Notes under the pieces: generated by a model
Seen by the model: only the letters and a program-made list of their open reading frames with translations
The model's database searches: none
What the model was told of the DNA's origin: nothing
Part shown: positions 1 through 10,842 of the stretch, piece by piece
Layout of the letters: each line of letters begins with the position of its first letter
How positions within the stretch are numbered: position 1 is the stretch's first letter
Made by a program: the position numbers and the translations under genes
Assembly (NCBI GenBank): GCA_964552205.1
Contig: CAZKFT010000006.1
Location: 7,612-71,611 of the forward strand
From: an uncultured Gammaproteobacteria bacterium
Lineage (GTDB): Bacteria > Pseudomonadota > Gammaproteobacteria > Natronospirales > JAIVGZ01
Direction of reading: 5' to 3'
DNA length: 64,000 bases

Positions 1-1133
1 CCACGGAAATTATTGATGGACACAAAGAGGTCAAGACTTTTGGTGGGCAAGCTTATGAGAAGTCTCGTTTCGAGGCTGCCAACGAGGACAACCGCCGTCT
101 GAACATGAAACACGGACTGGTCCGGTCCATCGCTGCGCCTGTCGTTCAGGTGCTCGCAGGTACCGCAATTGCCGCGGTCATCTTCTTTGCGACGCGCCCG
201 TTCATTCTCGAGACCATCACGGTTGGCGGGTTCATTTCATTTCTTGCAGCGTTGTTACTGATAAACCCCGCACTCAAGCACCTGATCAACCTCAATGCCC
301 AACTTCAGCAGGGGCTGGCTGCCGCGCAAAGTATTTTCGAGCTAGCGGCAGAGCCGCCGGAGCAAGACGATGGGCGTGAATCCATCACAAGGGCAAAAGG
401 GGAAGTTGCATTCCGGGATGTCAGGTTCGCCTACGGTGTTGGAACGCCGGAAGTGTTGTCGGGAATCAACTTCGAGGTCAAAGCCGGGCAAACCGTTGCG
501 CTGGTAGGGCGTTCTGGGAGCGGCAAGACAACGCTCGTCAGCTTGCTGCCGCGGTTCTACGATCCTACCAGTGGCTCGGTTCTGATAGACGGCAGGGATG
601 CCAGGTCATATCGCCTCTCGGATCTGAGGGCTCAGATTGCACTGGTCAGTCAACATGTCACGCTGTTCAATGACACCATCGCGCGCAATATCGCGTATGG
701 AAACCTGGGCACGGCGACGGAGTCCGACATTGTCGCCGCGGCGGAAGCAGCTTACGCGATGGATTTTATCCGTCAGTTGCCGCAAGGACTGGACACGATA
801 GTCGGTGACAATGGTGTACTCCTGTCCGGTGGACAGCGACAACGCCTTGCCATCGCCCGCGCATTGCTCAAGGATGCTCCCATTCTGATTCTTGATGAGG
901 CCACCTCAGCCCTCGACACGGAATCTGAGCGACATATACAGGCCGCTCTCCACAACCTGATGCAATCACGCACGACATTGGTCATAGCACATCGTTTGTC
1001 CACTGTCGAAAAGGCGGACCGCATCATCGTCCTCGACGCAGGAAGCGTCGCGGAAACGGGGACCCACCAGGAACTACTGGCACGGCAAGGGTTGTACGCA
1101 TCGCTACATCGGATGCAATTCAGTGACGCGTAG
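1..1133 (+). CDS. msbA: Lipid A export ABC transporter MsbA, C-terminal part (5' end lies outside the window)
   Basis: Open in frame from the window edge (frame of 3..1133). Walker A GRSGSGKTT, ABC signature LSGGQRQR, Walker B ILILDEATSALD. Followed by lpxK as in E. coli. Confidence 0.9.
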   Translation, partial: TEIIDGHKEVKTFGGQAYEKSRFEAANEDNRRLNMKHGLVRSIAAPVVQVLAGTAIAAVIFFATRPFILETITVGGFISFLAALLLINPALKHLINLNAQLQQGLAAAQSIFELAAEPPEQDDGRESITRAKGEVAFRDVRFAYGVGTPEVLSGINFEVKAGQTVALVGRSGSGKTTLVSLLPRFYDPTSGSVLIDGRDARSYRLSDLRAQIALVSQHVTLFNDTIARNIAYGNLGTATESDIVAAAEAAYAMDFIRQLPQGLDTIVGDNGVLLSGGQRQRLAIARALLKDAPILILDEATSALDTESERHIQAALHNLMQSRTTLVIAHRLSTVEKADRIIVLDAGSVAETGTHQELLARQGLYASLHRMQFSDA

Positions 1134-2121
1134 AGATCAGCTTGAGCGCTGGTTGAACAAGCGCTGGTATACCGCCCAGCCGCCGACATGGTGGCTACTG
1201 CCCTTGTCATGGTTATTCGGATTGGTCACGACAATTCGCCGCATGTTGTATCGCATGTACCTGATTCCGCGCTGGAGTGCGGGCGTCCCTGTCGTGGTTG
1301 TCGGAAATCTCACTGTAGGGGGCAGCGGCAAGACCCCTGTCGTACTGGCACTGGCAGACGCCTTGCGAGCGAGGGGCGAGTTCCCCGGTATTGTCAGTAG
1401 GGGCTACGGCGCACGCGTTCCAGGGGTCCGGGTGTTACATGCAGAAGATTCCGCGGACGCAGTCGGCGATGAGCCAGCTTTGATGGCTGGCAGAGGGGTC
1501 GCCGTCGTTGCCATCGGCGCTGACCGTGTGAAAGCAGCCAGAGCCTTGCGTCGCGCGCACCCGGTGACGGTGATTCTCACGGACGACGGCTTGCAGCACT
1601 ATCGCCTCAAACGCGACTGCGAGGTTGTCGTCGTAGATGGTCGGCGGTCATTCGGAAATGGCGCCTTGCTTCCTGCAGGTCCCTTGCGTGAACCGCGTCG
1701 TCGACTGCGGTCGGTAGATGTGGTTCTGACCAGCGGTAAGCCCGAGGATGGGCAATACGGATTCCGCCTTGTTCCCGGTGAGGTGAAGCGGCTTGGCTCG
1801 CTCTCTGAGACGCGACCGTTGGCGTCATTCAAAGGGCAGCGTGTCCATGCGGTGGCCGGAATAGGTGATCCCAGACGGTTCTTCGACATGCTGGCCAGGT
1901 TGGGGATTTTCGTCACTCCACACCCGTTTCCGGATCATCACCGCTTCGTTCGCGGGGATCTGGATTTCCCTGGGGATACCCCGATTCTGATGACTGAGAA
2001 GGATGCCGTAAAATGTGCGGGGATTGCACCGGACCATGCATGGTATGTGCCGGTCACTGCCGAGCTGGATCCAGGTGCAATCGAGAAGGTCATGCGAAGG
2101 GTTGAAGAGAGGCGAGGGTAA
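1123..2121 (+). CDS. lpxK: Tetraacyldisaccharide 4'-kinase
   Basis: GTG start overlaps the msbA end by 11 nt. P-loop [13 protein letters not shown]-terminus [10 protein letters not shown] resembles E. coli LpxK. Confidence 0.9.
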   Translation: MTRRDQLERWLNKRWYTAQPPTWWLLPLSWLFGLVTTIRRMLYRMYLIPRWSAGVPVVVVGNLTVGGSGKTPVVLALADALRARGEFPGIVSRGYGARVPGVRVLHAEDSADAVGDEPALMAGRGVAVVAIGADRVKAARALRRAHPVTVILTDDGLQHYRLKRDCEVVVVDGRRSFGNGALLPAGPLREPRRRLRSVDVVLTSGKPEDGQYGFRLVPGEVKRLGSLSETRPLASFKGQRVHAVAGIGDPRRFFDMLARLGIFVTPHPFPDHHRFVRGDLDFPGDTPILMTEKDAVKCAGIAPDHAWYVPVTAELDPGAIEKVMRRVEERRG

Positions 2122-2282
2122 TGGACAGCAATCTGCTGGAAATCCTGGTGTGTCCGGTATGCAAGTCGAAACTCTATTTCGATCGCGAAGCGAGTGAACT
2201 GATTTGCAGGGCGGACAAACTCGCCTTCCCGGTGCGAGATGATATCCCCGTGTTATTGGTCGAGGAGGCACGTGAACTTTAA
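2121..2282 (+). CDS. ycaR: Trm112/YcaR-family small protein (53 aa, below the ORF-track cutoff)
   Basis: ATG sits in a TAATG overlap with the lpxK stop. [18 protein letters not shown]...[13 protein letters not shown] matches the YcaR pattern. Lies between lpxK and kdsB as in E. coli. Confidence 0.8.
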   Translation: MDSNLLEILVCPVCKSKLYFDREASELICRADKLAFPVRDDIPVLLVEEAREL

Positions 2283-3036
2283 GGTGGTCATACCCGCGCG
2301 TTGGGGGTCGACGCGCCTTCCCGGCAAACCGCTGCTGGATCTCGCAGGCCGGCCCTTGCTGGCCTGGGTATGGGATATCGCGCGGGAGAGTGGTGCCACC
2401 CAGGTAGTCATCGCCACCGATGACCTTCGTATCCGCGATGCCGCCCAGGGTTTCGGCGCTGAGGTCTGTATGACATCGGCCGATCATCCTTCTGGCACTG
2501 ATCGCATACATGAGGTGGCCAGTGCGTTGGCGTGGGGTGACGACGAGTTGGTGGTCAACTTGCAAGGCGACGAGCCCTTGGTGCCTCCTGAGCTCGTGGT
2601 ACAAGTGGTAACGGCGTTTGGTACGAATCCGCATGTCGGAATGTCTACGGTTGCCACGCCTATCCAATCGTTGGACGATGCGCTGAATCCGAATGTTGTG
2701 AAAGTGGTGTGCGATGCCAGCATGAGGGCGATGTATTTTAGCCGGGCACCCATTCCCTTCATGCGCGATGGCGCGCAGCACGGGCTGGAGAGTCAGATCC
2801 GTTATGACGGGATGCTGCGTCATGTCGGCATCTATGGGTACCGGGTAGGGACGCTCAGGCGATTGACAGAACTGCCTGTATCACCCTATGAGGATGTCGA
2901 AAAACTGGAGCAACTTCGGGCTCTGTGGCATGGCATCCCGATTGCAGTGGCCATTGCAGGTATTTTACCTCCAGCCGGTGTAGACACCGCCGAGGATCTG
3001 GAGCGGGTGCGGGCGCTGCTCGAGGCGGGCCAGTGA
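2272..3036 (+). CDS. kdsB: 3-deoxy-manno-octulosonate cytidylyltransferase (CMP-KDO synthetase)
   Basis: Track ORF is 2239..3036. The homologous N-terminus begins at in-frame GTG 2272 ([21 protein letters not shown]). The family also has the LQGDEP motif. Confidence 0.9.
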   Translation: MNFKVVIPARWGSTRLPGKPLLDLAGRPLLAWVWDIARESGATQVVIATDDLRIRDAAQGFGAEVCMTSADHPSGTDRIHEVASALAWGDDELVVNLQGDEPLVPPELVVQVVTAFGTNPHVGMSTVATPIQSLDDALNPNVVKVVCDASMRAMYFSRAPIPFMRDGAQHGLESQIRYDGMLRHVGIYGYRVGTLRRLTELPVSPYEDVEKLEQLRALWHGIPIAVAIAGILPPAGVDTAEDLERVRALLEAGQ

Positions 3037-3506
3037 GCAAGCGTACGTCCATACTTTTTATCTGCATGGGCAATATCTGCAGGTCACCAACGGCCGAGGG
3101 TGTGTTTCGTAAGTTGATAGCAGACCGGGGAGTTGCACACCTCTTTGAGGTGGATTCAGCAGGCACGCACGCCTATCACATCGGCAATCCACCGGACCGT
3201 CGGTCCATCGATGCTGCAAAACGACGCGGCATCGATCTCACGACATTGCGCGCTCGCAAGGTTGAGCCCGCCGACTTCCAGCGCTTTCACCTGTTACTTG
3301 CAATGGACGAAGAAAATCTGGCCTTGCTGCACGGCATGGCTGCACCGGAGGAACAGGGTCGTGTGAAGCTGTATCTGGAATACGCACGACGCAACTCCCG
3401 TCGTGAAGTGCCAGACCCGTACTATGGTGGCGCCAACGGCTTTGAGGACGTCCTGGACTTGGTCGAGGACGCCGCTGAGGGCTTGCTGGAATCCCTGTTG
3501 CCTTAG
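3033..3506 (+). CDS. Low-molecular-weight protein-tyrosine phosphatase family protein
   Basis: CX5R(S/T) P-loop [14 protein letters not shown] and DPYYG motif. In-frame GTG 3033 overlaps the kdsB stop. The track ORF 2925.. is an upstream extension. Confidence 0.8.
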   Translation: MSKRTSILFICMGNICRSPTAEGVFRKLIADRGVAHLFEVDSAGTHAYHIGNPPDRRSIDAAKRRGIDLTTLRARKVEPADFQRFHLLLAMDEENLALLHGMAAPEEQGRVKLYLEYARRNSRREVPDPYYGGANGFEDVLDLVEDAAEGLLESLLP

Positions 3507-5695
3507 GACCCCTCGCCTTCGCGAGGACCGCCCATGGGCAAGGATGCCTGAACCGGGGCCGGTGCCGACGATTGGGCGGCCGGTGCTGACGGTTGAGCAG
3601 GGGCATTGTCAGAACTACCGCTGTTACCGTTTGAAGGTGTACTTGTATCCGGGTTTGCTTCCTGTGTTCCGCTGCCCTTGCGCCGACGACGTCCACCGCG
3701 GCGACCGCGGCGACCCTTGCGCTCGCCATCAGCCTTCACAGCGATCTCAGGGTTGATGACCGTATCATCCGATTCGTTGGCTGGTTTTGCCGGCTCCACA
3801 GGGCGTGCGGCTTTTGGTTGCTCTTGCTTCGGTTTGGGTTCCCGCTTGGGTTGTTCGCGCTTTGCGCGCGGTGGCCGTTGCTTGCTCCGGTTCCCGTCTC
3901 CGCGCTCGCTGCGGTCGCCTCTCTTACTTCCGCGGCGTGCGCTGTCGTGCGATCCACGTCCGCGCTGCGGACGTTCAGACTGTACCTGCTCGCGCTTCTT
4001 CTTGGCGGGGTCCGGTGCGAAAAGGAAATTCCAGAGGCGCGTGAAAAGCCCCGGTGGCGGGACCGCGGCAATCGCGGAAACCGGACCAGGATGTGCGCGC
4101 GGAATCGCTTGCACCAGCGGCGCGTCCGGTGTGACCGGCGGCTCAGCGGCGTCAGGTGCCAGAATGGGCGCCGGGCCGGTGGCCAGGGTATAACTCGGGT
4201 TGTTGGGCTGCTGTTTCACTTCGTCGTCGCGCAAGCGGACGATTTCGAAATGCGGTGTGTCAATGTGCGGGTTGGCGAGGATGATGATGCCGACCTCGTG
4301 TTCAGCCTCGATGGTGGCAATTGCCTTGCGCTTTTCATTCACGAGGAAGGTGGCGACTTCCACAGGTACCTGGGCGTAAACTCGTCCGGTACGATCCTTG
4401 AGTGCCTCTTCCTCGACCAGCCGGAGTACCGACAGCGCGAGTGATTCTACGCCGCGGATGGAGCCCTGGCCTTCGCACCGAGGGCAAGCAATGTGACTCT
4501 GCTCGCCGAGCGAGGGACGTAGTCGCTGGCGAGACATCTCCAGGAGGCCAAAGCGGGAGATGCGCCCAATCTGGACTCTGGCACGATCCTGCTCCAACGC
4601 GTCGTGCAGGCGATCCTCCACTGCCCGTTGATTTCGTGAAGGTTCCATATCAATGAAATCGATGACGATGAGGCCGCCCAGATCGCGCAAGCGCAACTGG
4701 CGCGCAATCTCATCCGCTGCCTCGAGATTGGTGTTAAGTGCTGTTTCCTCGATGTCTGCGCCTTTGGTGGCGCGCGCGGAGTTGATATCGATCGACACCA
4801 GCGCTTCTGTATGGTCGATGACCAGCGCGCCACCTGAGGGCAACCGGACTTCGCGACGGAATGCGGACTCGATCTGGCTTTCAATCTGGAAGCGGGAGAA
4901 CAAGGGGACCGATTCGGCGTACAGCTTGAGTTTGGGCAGGTTTTGCGGCATGACCTGCTCCATGAACTCCTTGGCTTGGGCGAAGGTTGCCTCGTCATCC
5001 ACGAGCACCTCGCCGATGTCTGCACGCAGCCCATCTCGGAGTGCACGAATGATGGCATTGCTCTCCTGGTAAATCAGGACCGGCGCCTTCTTTTCTTTGG
5101 ATGCTTGGTCTATTGATTCCCACAGGCGGACCAGATAGTCCAGATCCCACTGCAATTCCTCGGTGCTTCGACCGACGCCAGCGGTACGGATGATGACCCC
5201 CATGCCTTCCGGCAGGTCCAGCTGGGAGAGGGCTTCCCGCAATTCCGCTCTATCGTCCCCATCTATGCGGCGGGAAACACCGCCAGCTCTGGGATTGTTG
5301 GGCATGAGCACAAGAAAGCGCCCTGCGAGGCTGATGTAGGTGGTGAGCGCCGCACCCTTGGTACCGCGTTCCTCTTTCTCAACCTGAACGATGATCTCGA
5401 TGCCTTCCGGAACCAACTCGCGAATGTTCTGGCGATTGCCTTCCTGCACATCAGGATTGCGGAAGTAGTTGCGTGCGATTTCCTTCAAGGGCAGGAACCC
5501 GTGCCTTTCGCTGCCGAAATCGACAAATGCGGCTTCCAGGCTTTGCTCTACCCGGGTGATGCGGCCTTTGTAGATATTGGCCTTTTTCTGTTCCCGGGAC
5601 CGGCTTTCAATATCAAGGTCGTATAGCTTTTGGCCGTCTACCATGGCCACGCGCAACTCTTCCGGCTGAGTCGCGTTGATCAACATGCGTTTCAT
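3503..5695 (-). CDS. rne: Ribonuclease E
   Basis: [31 protein letters not shown]-terminus (S1 domain). Catalytic core followed by an Arg/Pro-rich C-terminal tail. Divergent from rluC as in E. coli. Confidence 0.9.
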   Translation of the reverse strand: MKRMLINATQPEELRVAMVDGQKLYDLDIESRSREQKKANIYKGRITRVEQSLEAAFVDFGSERHGFLPLKEIARNYFRNPDVQEGNRQNIRELVPEGIEIIVQVEKEERGTKGAALTTYISLAGRFLVLMPNNPRAGGVSRRIDGDDRAELREALSQLDLPEGMGVIIRTAGVGRSTEELQWDLDYLVRLWESIDQASKEKKAPVLIYQESNAIIRALRDGLRADIGEVLVDDEATFAQAKEFMEQVMPQNLPKLKLYAESVPLFSRFQIESQIESAFRREVRLPSGGALVIDHTEALVSIDINSARATKGADIEETALNTNLEAADEIARQLRLRDLGGLIVIDFIDMEPSRNQRAVEDRLHDALEQDRARVQIGRISRFGLLEMSRQRLRPSLGEQSHIACPRCEGQGSIRGVESLALSVLRLVEEEALKDRTGRVYAQVPVEVATFLVNEKRKAIATIEAEHEVGIIILANPHIDTPHFEIVRLRDDEVKQQPNNPSYTLATGPAPILAPDAAEPPVTPDAPLVQAIPRAHPGPVSAIAAVPPPGLFTRLWNFLFAPDPAKKKREQVQSERPQRGRGSHDSARRGSKRGDRSERGDGNRSKQRPPRAKREQPKREPKPKQEQPKAARPVEPAKPANESDDTVINPEIAVKADGERKGRRGRRGGRRRRKGSGTQEANPDTSTPSNGNSGSSDNAPAQPSAPAAQSSAPAPVQASLPMGGPREGEGS

Positions 5696-5948
5696 TGTCG
5701 TTATCCCACAGGCGCTCTACCGAGGCTGCGGTCACGATATGCCGGCGGGGGCGGGGATGTATTCCGGGTTGTCTGCAACGCGCGATTCCCGCGCGACTGC
5801 CAAAAACCTTGCCCTGGGCTCTGCGGCGCATCGTGACCATGCAACCGCATGGGAGCGCGTTCATAAAAAAGTCTGCCCGTTATCGCGAACTTACAGGGCA
5901 CCTACCCAACCGCTGCGCCCACAGTTCGCCGTCAGGTAATATACAGGC
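5696..5948 (-). promoter_or_regulatory. rne promoter and long 5' leader region, shared with divergent rluC
   Basis: 253-nt non-coding gap upstream of rne. E. coli rne has a long autoregulatory leader in the same position. No structure was verified here. Confidence 0.3.
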
Positions 5949-6914
5949 ATGACGGGTGTCCATCAATTGAAAGCGCGTTTGGTCCCCGTCAGTGATGACG
6001 ATGCCGGCCAAAGGCTCGACAATTTCCTCATGAGGCACCTTCGATCGGTGCCCAGAAGTGCCGTTTACCGCCTTTTGCGCACCGGCCAGGTCCGGGTCAA
6101 TGGTGGCAGGGCCAAGCCGGACCGTCGGCTGGAATCGGGAGACCAGGTCCGAATCCCGCCAGTAAAGATGGAAGAAAAGACCGCGCCCGGGACTCCCTCG
6201 GCAGCGCAACGGGCGCTGATTTCCGACGCCATCATCCACGAAGACAAGGATTTGTTGGTCATCAACAAGCCTGCCGGGATGGCTGTGCACGGGGGTAGCG
6301 GGGTCAGCTTCGGGGTGATTGAGGTTTTGCGGGCCATGCGTCCGGAAGGAACCTTCGAGCTTGCGCACCGCCTTGATCGTGAAACCAGCGGTTGCCTGAT
6401 TATCGCGAAGCGGCGACCTGCACTACGGAAACTACATGCATCCTTCCGCGAAGGAACGGTTGAAAAGCGGTATCTCGCTCTCTTGGTGGGACATTGGGAT
6501 CATGGCGCGGTCGCAGTAGGCGCCGCGTTGAAAAAAAACCAGGTAAGGGGCGGGGAGCGAATGGTTACCGTGGACACCGAAGATGGCAAAAGCGCGCTCA
6601 GTCACTTCCGGCCGCTGGAGACCCAGCGTGACGCGAGCTTCATGGAGGTCATCATCGAAACCGGCCGCACCCACCAGATCCGTGTGCATGCGGCGCACCT
6701 CGGTCATCCGGTGGCTGGCGACGAGAAGTATGGCGATGGCGAAGCCAATAAGCGCTTCAGCCGCCTGGGATTGAAGCGTATGTTCCTGCATGCCAGCTCG
6801 CTTGCCATGCCGCACCCGAACGGGGATACGTTGGCGGTCAGCGCGCCATTGGATGATGAATTGAGGGAGTTCCTTGATGTCATCGCCGCGAACAAGCCTC
6901 GGGGACGGCGTTGA
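5949..6914 (+). CDS. rluC: 23S rRNA pseudouridine synthase, RluC type
   Basis: S4-like N-terminus. RluA-family catalytic motif HRLDRETSGCL. Divergent from rne. Confidence 0.9.
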   Translation: MTGVHQLKARLVPVSDDDAGQRLDNFLMRHLRSVPRSAVYRLLRTGQVRVNGGRAKPDRRLESGDQVRIPPVKMEEKTAPGTPSAAQRALISDAIIHEDKDLLVINKPAGMAVHGGSGVSFGVIEVLRAMRPEGTFELAHRLDRETSGCLIIAKRRPALRKLHASFREGTVEKRYLALLVGHWDHGAVAVGAALKKNQVRGGERMVTVDTEDGKSALSHFRPLETQRDASFMEVIIETGRTHQIRVHAAHLGHPVAGDEKYGDGEANKRFSRLGLKRMFLHASSLAMPHPNGDTLAVSAPLDDELREFLDVIAANKPRGRR

Positions 6915-7561
6915 CGGGGCAGTTCCGACTGATCGTATTCGACTGGGACGGAACGCTGATGGACTCGGTCGGAAACATCGTGTCCACCATGCAAGCCACC
7001 ATCCAGCGCCTGGATTTACCTCCGCGCAGTGACGACGAAGTCCGAGCCGTCATTGGTCTCGGATTGTATGAAGCCCTTTCGACACTTTTCCCAGGTCAGT
7101 CGCGAGCCGATCAGGAGCGTGTCAGGGAGGCCTATCGCGACCATTTCCTTGGTGCGGCTGTGCGACCAACACTGTTCCCGGGTGTCCGTGACACGCTGGC
7201 CTCAGTCGCTGAACGGGGGGTGACCCTGGCGGTGGCAACCGGTAAGGGAAGAGCGGGGCTTGACCGCGAGTTGGCGGAGACCGGGCTGGCGGATTTTATG
7301 GCAGGCAGTCGTTGTGCCGATGAGTGCAGATCCAAGCCGGACCCGCAGATGTTGGAGGAGTTGATGCTCTCGCTAGGGCACGAACCGCAAAGCACCCTGA
7401 TGGTGGGAGATGCCGAGTTCGATTTGTTGATGGCACGAAACGCTGGTACGGCGGCCATCGGAGTACGGGGCGGAGCGCACGATGACAATCGTCTGGCCTT
7501 GCATCAACCGTTGGCCATCATCGACGCGGTGACTGAGCTGCCGGGGATGCTCAGACGCTGA
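6911..7561 (+). CDS. HAD-IA hydrolase (phosphoglycolate phosphatase-like)
   Basis: HAD motif I FDWDGTL and motif IV-like GDAEFD. 4-nt overlap with the rluC stop. Confidence 0.8.
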   Translation: MTGQFRLIVFDWDGTLMDSVGNIVSTMQATIQRLDLPPRSDDEVRAVIGLGLYEALSTLFPGQSRADQERVREAYRDHFLGAAVRPTLFPGVRDTLASVAERGVTLAVATGKGRAGLDRELAETGLADFMAGSRCADECRSKPDPQMLEELMLSLGHEPQSTLMVGDAEFDLLMARNAGTAAIGVRGGAHDDNRLALHQPLAIIDAVTELPGMLRR

Positions 7562-8123
7562 TTCCGAAGTTACGCAGGAGGTGACAAAGCCGAATGAGTG
7601 GTAGCCCCACCAGCGCTGTTGGATCATCTTCCTCGATGGACGCTACCAGCGTAATCCCCAAACCTTCCGATTTGAAACTGCCTGCGCAATCGTAGGCGGG
7701 CTCTCGTCGCAGGTAGTCCTGAATCGTGCTTTCATCAAGCTGGCGGAAGCGGACGGCCGTCCTTGCCACCTGTGTCTCCGAGCGGCCATTCGCCAGATCC
7801 AGGACACATACCGAGGTGAAGAAGTCCACGGACTGTCCAGACAGCGCCAACAATTGCGCCACGGCGTTGTCATGGGTCCCGGGTTTGCCCAGGATCTGGT
7901 CGCCAGTGCTGGCCACTTGGTCCGACCCGATGGCCACGCCCGTCTGGAAATGAACCCGTGCTGCAGCCGCTTTCGCACTCGCGAGGCGGTGGGAAATGGC
8001 CTCGGGGAGCTCGCCCAGTTGGGGAGTTTCATCAATTTCAGGGCGGAAAACCTCGAATGGCAGGCCAAGCCGTTCCAAGAGCTGACGCCGGTAAATCGAG
8101 GTTGAGGCGAGAATGAGGGTCAC
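7551..8123 (-). CDS. yceF: Maf-like nucleoside triphosphate pyrophosphatase (YceF type)
   Basis: LILASTSIYRRQLLERLGLPF...EIDETP matches the Maf/YceF N-terminus. Divergent from yceD as in E. coli. Confidence 0.85.
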   Translation of the reverse strand: MTLILASTSIYRRQLLERLGLPFEVFRPEIDETPQLGELPEAISHRLASAKAAAARVHFQTGVAIGSDQVASTGDQILGKPGTHDNAVAQLLALSGQSVDFFTSVCVLDLANGRSETQVARTAVRFRQLDESTIQDYLRREPAYDCAGSFKSEGLGITLVASIEEDDPTALVGLPLIRLCHLLRNFGISV

Positions 8124-8171
8124 TGGTGGTCTTTCCTTTCAGTAAAAACAACAGCTTGCCGTAGAAACGCT

Positions 8172-8200
8172 TTGACATCAATCCGGCCCGACCGTATCAT
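8172..8200 (+). promoter_or_regulatory. Sigma70-type promoter for yceD-rpmF-plsX-fabH
   Basis: TTGACA (8172-8177), a 17-nt spacer, then TATCAT (8195-8200). Only 9 nt separate the -10 from the yceD ATG at 8210. Confidence 0.5.
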
Positions 8201-8209
8201 TGCGCGCTT

Positions 8210-8644
8210 ATGTCGCAAGGGTTGCCAGGCCGCGTGAATGTTGCACGACTCGCGGCGCGTAGTGCCCGGGTCGACAGCGTCACGCCGGTTTCCGCGATGG
8301 AGCGTTTCAGGACCGTATTGGCTGATGATAGCGGCACGGTCGAGTCGGCGTTGGCATTTAGCGTAGACGAGCAGTCACGGATGAAGGTGTCTGGCACGGC
8401 AAGAGCCGGCGTACAGGTGGTGTGCCAACGCTGCCTGGAGCCGATGCCTTTGGTCGTCGAGGCTGCTTTCGAGCTACTGCTGTTCGACAACGAAACGGCT
8501 GATGATGTTGGTAGCGACGCAGTAGTCGTTGAGCGCGGTGAAGTGTCGCCGCTTGAACTGGTTGAAGATGAGTTGATCCTAGCTATGCCAATCGTCACCC
8601 GCCATGGGGATGGTGAGCACTGTGCGGCGAGACATGAATCGTAA
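8210..8644 (+). CDS. yceD: YceD/DUF177 (23S rRNA accumulation protein)
   Basis: CQRCLEPM...ELVEDELILAMP pattern of DUF177. Directly upstream of rpmF. Confidence 0.85.
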   Translation: MSQGLPGRVNVARLAARSARVDSVTPVSAMERFRTVLADDSGTVESALAFSVDEQSRMKVSGTARAGVQVVCQRCLEPMPLVVEAAFELLLFDNETADDVGSDAVVVERGEVSPLELVEDELILAMPIVTRHGDGEHCAARHES

Positions 8645-8668
8645 CGATGATAGTGGGAGTTTCCTGAA

Positions 8669-8860
8669 ATGGCAGTCCAGAAAAGTCGTAAATCCCGTTC
8701 CACCCGTGGCATGCGTCGTTCGCATGATGCGTTGACCGGTCCGACGCTGTCCGTCGACCCGACATCCGGTGAGACCCACGTCCGTCACCATGTGACCGCA
8801 GATGGTTACTATCGTGGCAAGAAGGTCATCGCCTCGAAGCCGGTTAAGACGGAAGAATAA
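8669..8860 (+). CDS. rpmF: 50S ribosomal protein L32
   Basis: [22 protein letters not shown] is the canonical L32 N-terminus. Confidence 0.95.
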   Translation: MAVQKSRKSRSTRGMRRSHDALTGPTLSVDPTSGETHVRHHVTADGYYRGKKVIASKPVKTEE

Positions 8861-8896
8861 GCGCTGAAACAGCCCGTCCGCATCGCTCTGGACGCA

Positions 8897-9874
8897 ATGG
8901 GCGGTGACCATGGGCCTGCGGTCACCGTTCCAGCTGCGCTCCGCGCACTGTCCTCGCATCCCCTGTTGGAGCTGACGCTGGTGGGCGACAAGCCCATGCT
9001 CGAGCGTCTGCTCCAGAAGCATGGCGTGCGTGATGCACCAGTGCGTGTCCATCACACCACTCAGGTGGTGGCAATGGATGAACTTCCGTCCAGCGCATTG
9101 CGTGGGAAGAAGGACTCCTCCATGCGGGTCGCCATAGACATGGTCAAGGCGGGAGAAGTCGATGCCTGTGTCAGCGCGGGCAATACCGGTGCGTTGATGG
9201 CAACAGCAAGGTTTGTCCTCAAGACGCTACCCGGCATTGACCGGCCTGCAATCCTCGCGGAGCTTCCGGCTCCCGGGGGGTTCACCCTCATGCTTGATCT
9301 TGGTGCAAACGCCGACTGCACCGCCGAGCACTTGCTCCAGTTCGCCGTGATGGGATCCGTCGTGGCAAACGCCGTGCATGGGCTCGAAAAGCCCAGGGTC
9401 GGCTTGTTGAATATCGGTGCCGAGGAGATCAAGGGCGACGACCTTGTGCGTGACGCGGCGCAGCGGCTGCAAGTCAGTGGACTCAACTACATCGGCTTCG
9501 TGGAAGGTAACGACATTTTCTCCAACCGCGTGGATGTCATTGTCACGGACGGGTTCTCGGGCAATGTCGCGCTCAAGACGGCGGAGGGACTGGGCAAGAT
9601 GGTTGCCCAAAACCTGCGCGAGGAGTTCTCACGCAACCTGCTGACACGGCTTGCCGGACTTGCGGCCTTGCCGGTTCTGAAACGATTCAAAGACCGTGTT
9701 GACCCGCGTCACCATAACGGTGCCAGCTTGGTCGGCTTGCGTGGTATTGTCATCAAGAGCCATGGTGGTGCGGACGAGGTGGCTTTCGAACACGCTATCC
9801 GCATCGCGGTCCTTGAGGTCGAAAAGGCGGTGCCACGTCGCATCGAGGCACTGCTTGAGGGGCAACTGAAGTGA
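8897..9874 (+). CDS. plsX: Phosphate acyltransferase PlsX
   Basis: DAMGGDHGP motif. The true start is probably upstream of ATG 8897: the frame is open back to 8861 with a CTG at 8864, giving [15 protein letters not shown]. Confidence 0.9.
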   Translation: MGGDHGPAVTVPAALRALSSHPLLELTLVGDKPMLERLLQKHGVRDAPVRVHHTTQVVAMDELPSSALRGKKDSSMRVAIDMVKAGEVDACVSAGNTGALMATARFVLKTLPGIDRPAILAELPAPGGFTLMLDLGANADCTAEHLLQFAVMGSVVANAVHGLEKPRVGLLNIGAEEIKGDDLVRDAAQRLQVSGLNYIGFVEGNDIFSNRVDVIVTDGFSGNVALKTAEGLGKMVAQNLREEFSRNLLTRLAGLAALPVLKRFKDRVDPRHHNGASLVGLRGIVIKSHGGADEVAFEHAIRIAVLEVEKAVPRRIEALLEGQLK

Positions 9875-10842
9875 AGTTTTCACGCATAGCAGGAACCGGT
9901 CGCTGCCTGCCACGGAAAGTGGTGACAAACGCCGAGCTTGCCAAGACGGTCGACACCAGCGATGAGTGGATTCGCGAGCGCACAGGCATCGCGCAGCGAT
10001 ATGTCTGCAGTGAAGATGAAACCACGCTGACTTTGTGCGAGGGTGCTGCCCGCGCGGCGATGGAGGCCGCCGGCGTCACCGTGAAAGATATTGACCTGAT
10101 TCTTGTCGGCACCACGACGCCGGACCAGATTTTCCCGAACATGGGCGTGCTCTTGCAGGACCGCTTGGGCATACGCACTGCTTGCCCGTCCTTTGGCCTG
10201 GAGGCTGCCTGCACGGGATTCATCTATGCACTCAGCCTGGCGGATAAGTTCATCAAGCTCGAGGAGGCCAAGTGCGCCCTGGTGGTCGGGGCGGAATCGC
10301 TTTCGCGCATGATTGACTGGACCGATCGGACAACTTGCGTACTCTTCGGGGACGGCGCTGGCGCGGTGGTTCTCAAGGCGGACGACGAAGCAGGCATCAT
10401 TTCCACCCACCTGCACGCAGACGGTCAGTACAAGGATTTGCTGTTCCATCCATGGGGTATATCGCAGGGTGTGGATACGCTTGTGCCTGGGCGCGATGCG
10501 GTGCAGATGAAAGGCAATGAAGTGTTCAAAGTAGCCGTGACGACCTTGGGACGCATCGTTGACGAGACTTTGGCCGCAAATAACTTGGACAAGTCAGATA
10601 TCGACTGGCTGATACCTCATCAGGCCAACATCCGAATCATCGAAGCCACTGCGCGCAAGCTTGGTATGCCGATGGAGCGTGTCGTGGTCACAGTGGCGGA
10701 GCATGGCAATACCTCAGCGGCATCTGTACCTATGGCGCTGGATGTCGCTGTTCGCGATGGGCGCATCAAGCGCGGGGACATGTTGCTTCTGGAGGCCTTC
10801 GGCGGTGGGTTCACCTGGGGCTCCGCGCTGATCCGCTACTAA
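9871..10842 (+). CDS. fabH: 3-oxoacyl-ACP synthase III
   Basis: 4-nt overlap with plsX. Active-site context [22 protein letters not shown]. Confidence 0.9.
   Translation: MKFSRIAGTGRCLPRKVVTNAELAKTVDTSDEWIRERTGIAQRYVCSEDETTLTLCEGAARAAMEAAGVTVKDIDLILVGTTTPDQIFPNMGVLLQDRLGIRTACPSFGLEAACTGFIYALSLADKFIKLEEAKCALVVGAESLSRMIDWTDRTTCVLFGDGAGAVVLKADDEAGIISTHLHADGQYKDLLFHPWGISQGVDTLVPGRDAVQMKGNEVFKVAVTTLGRIVDETLAANNLDKSDIDWLIPHQANIRIIEATARKLGMPMERVVVTVAEHGNTSAASVPMALDVAVRDGRIKRGDMLLLEAFGGGFTWGSALIRY

Noticed and set aside
5937-5951. TAATAT 6 nt upstream of the rluC ATG, as another leaderless promoter.
   Set aside because: The geometry fits, but there is no -35-like element at 16-18 nt spacing. The hexamer is weaker, and AGG sits 1 nt before the ATG. 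It cannot be separated from chance. Kept only as a note.
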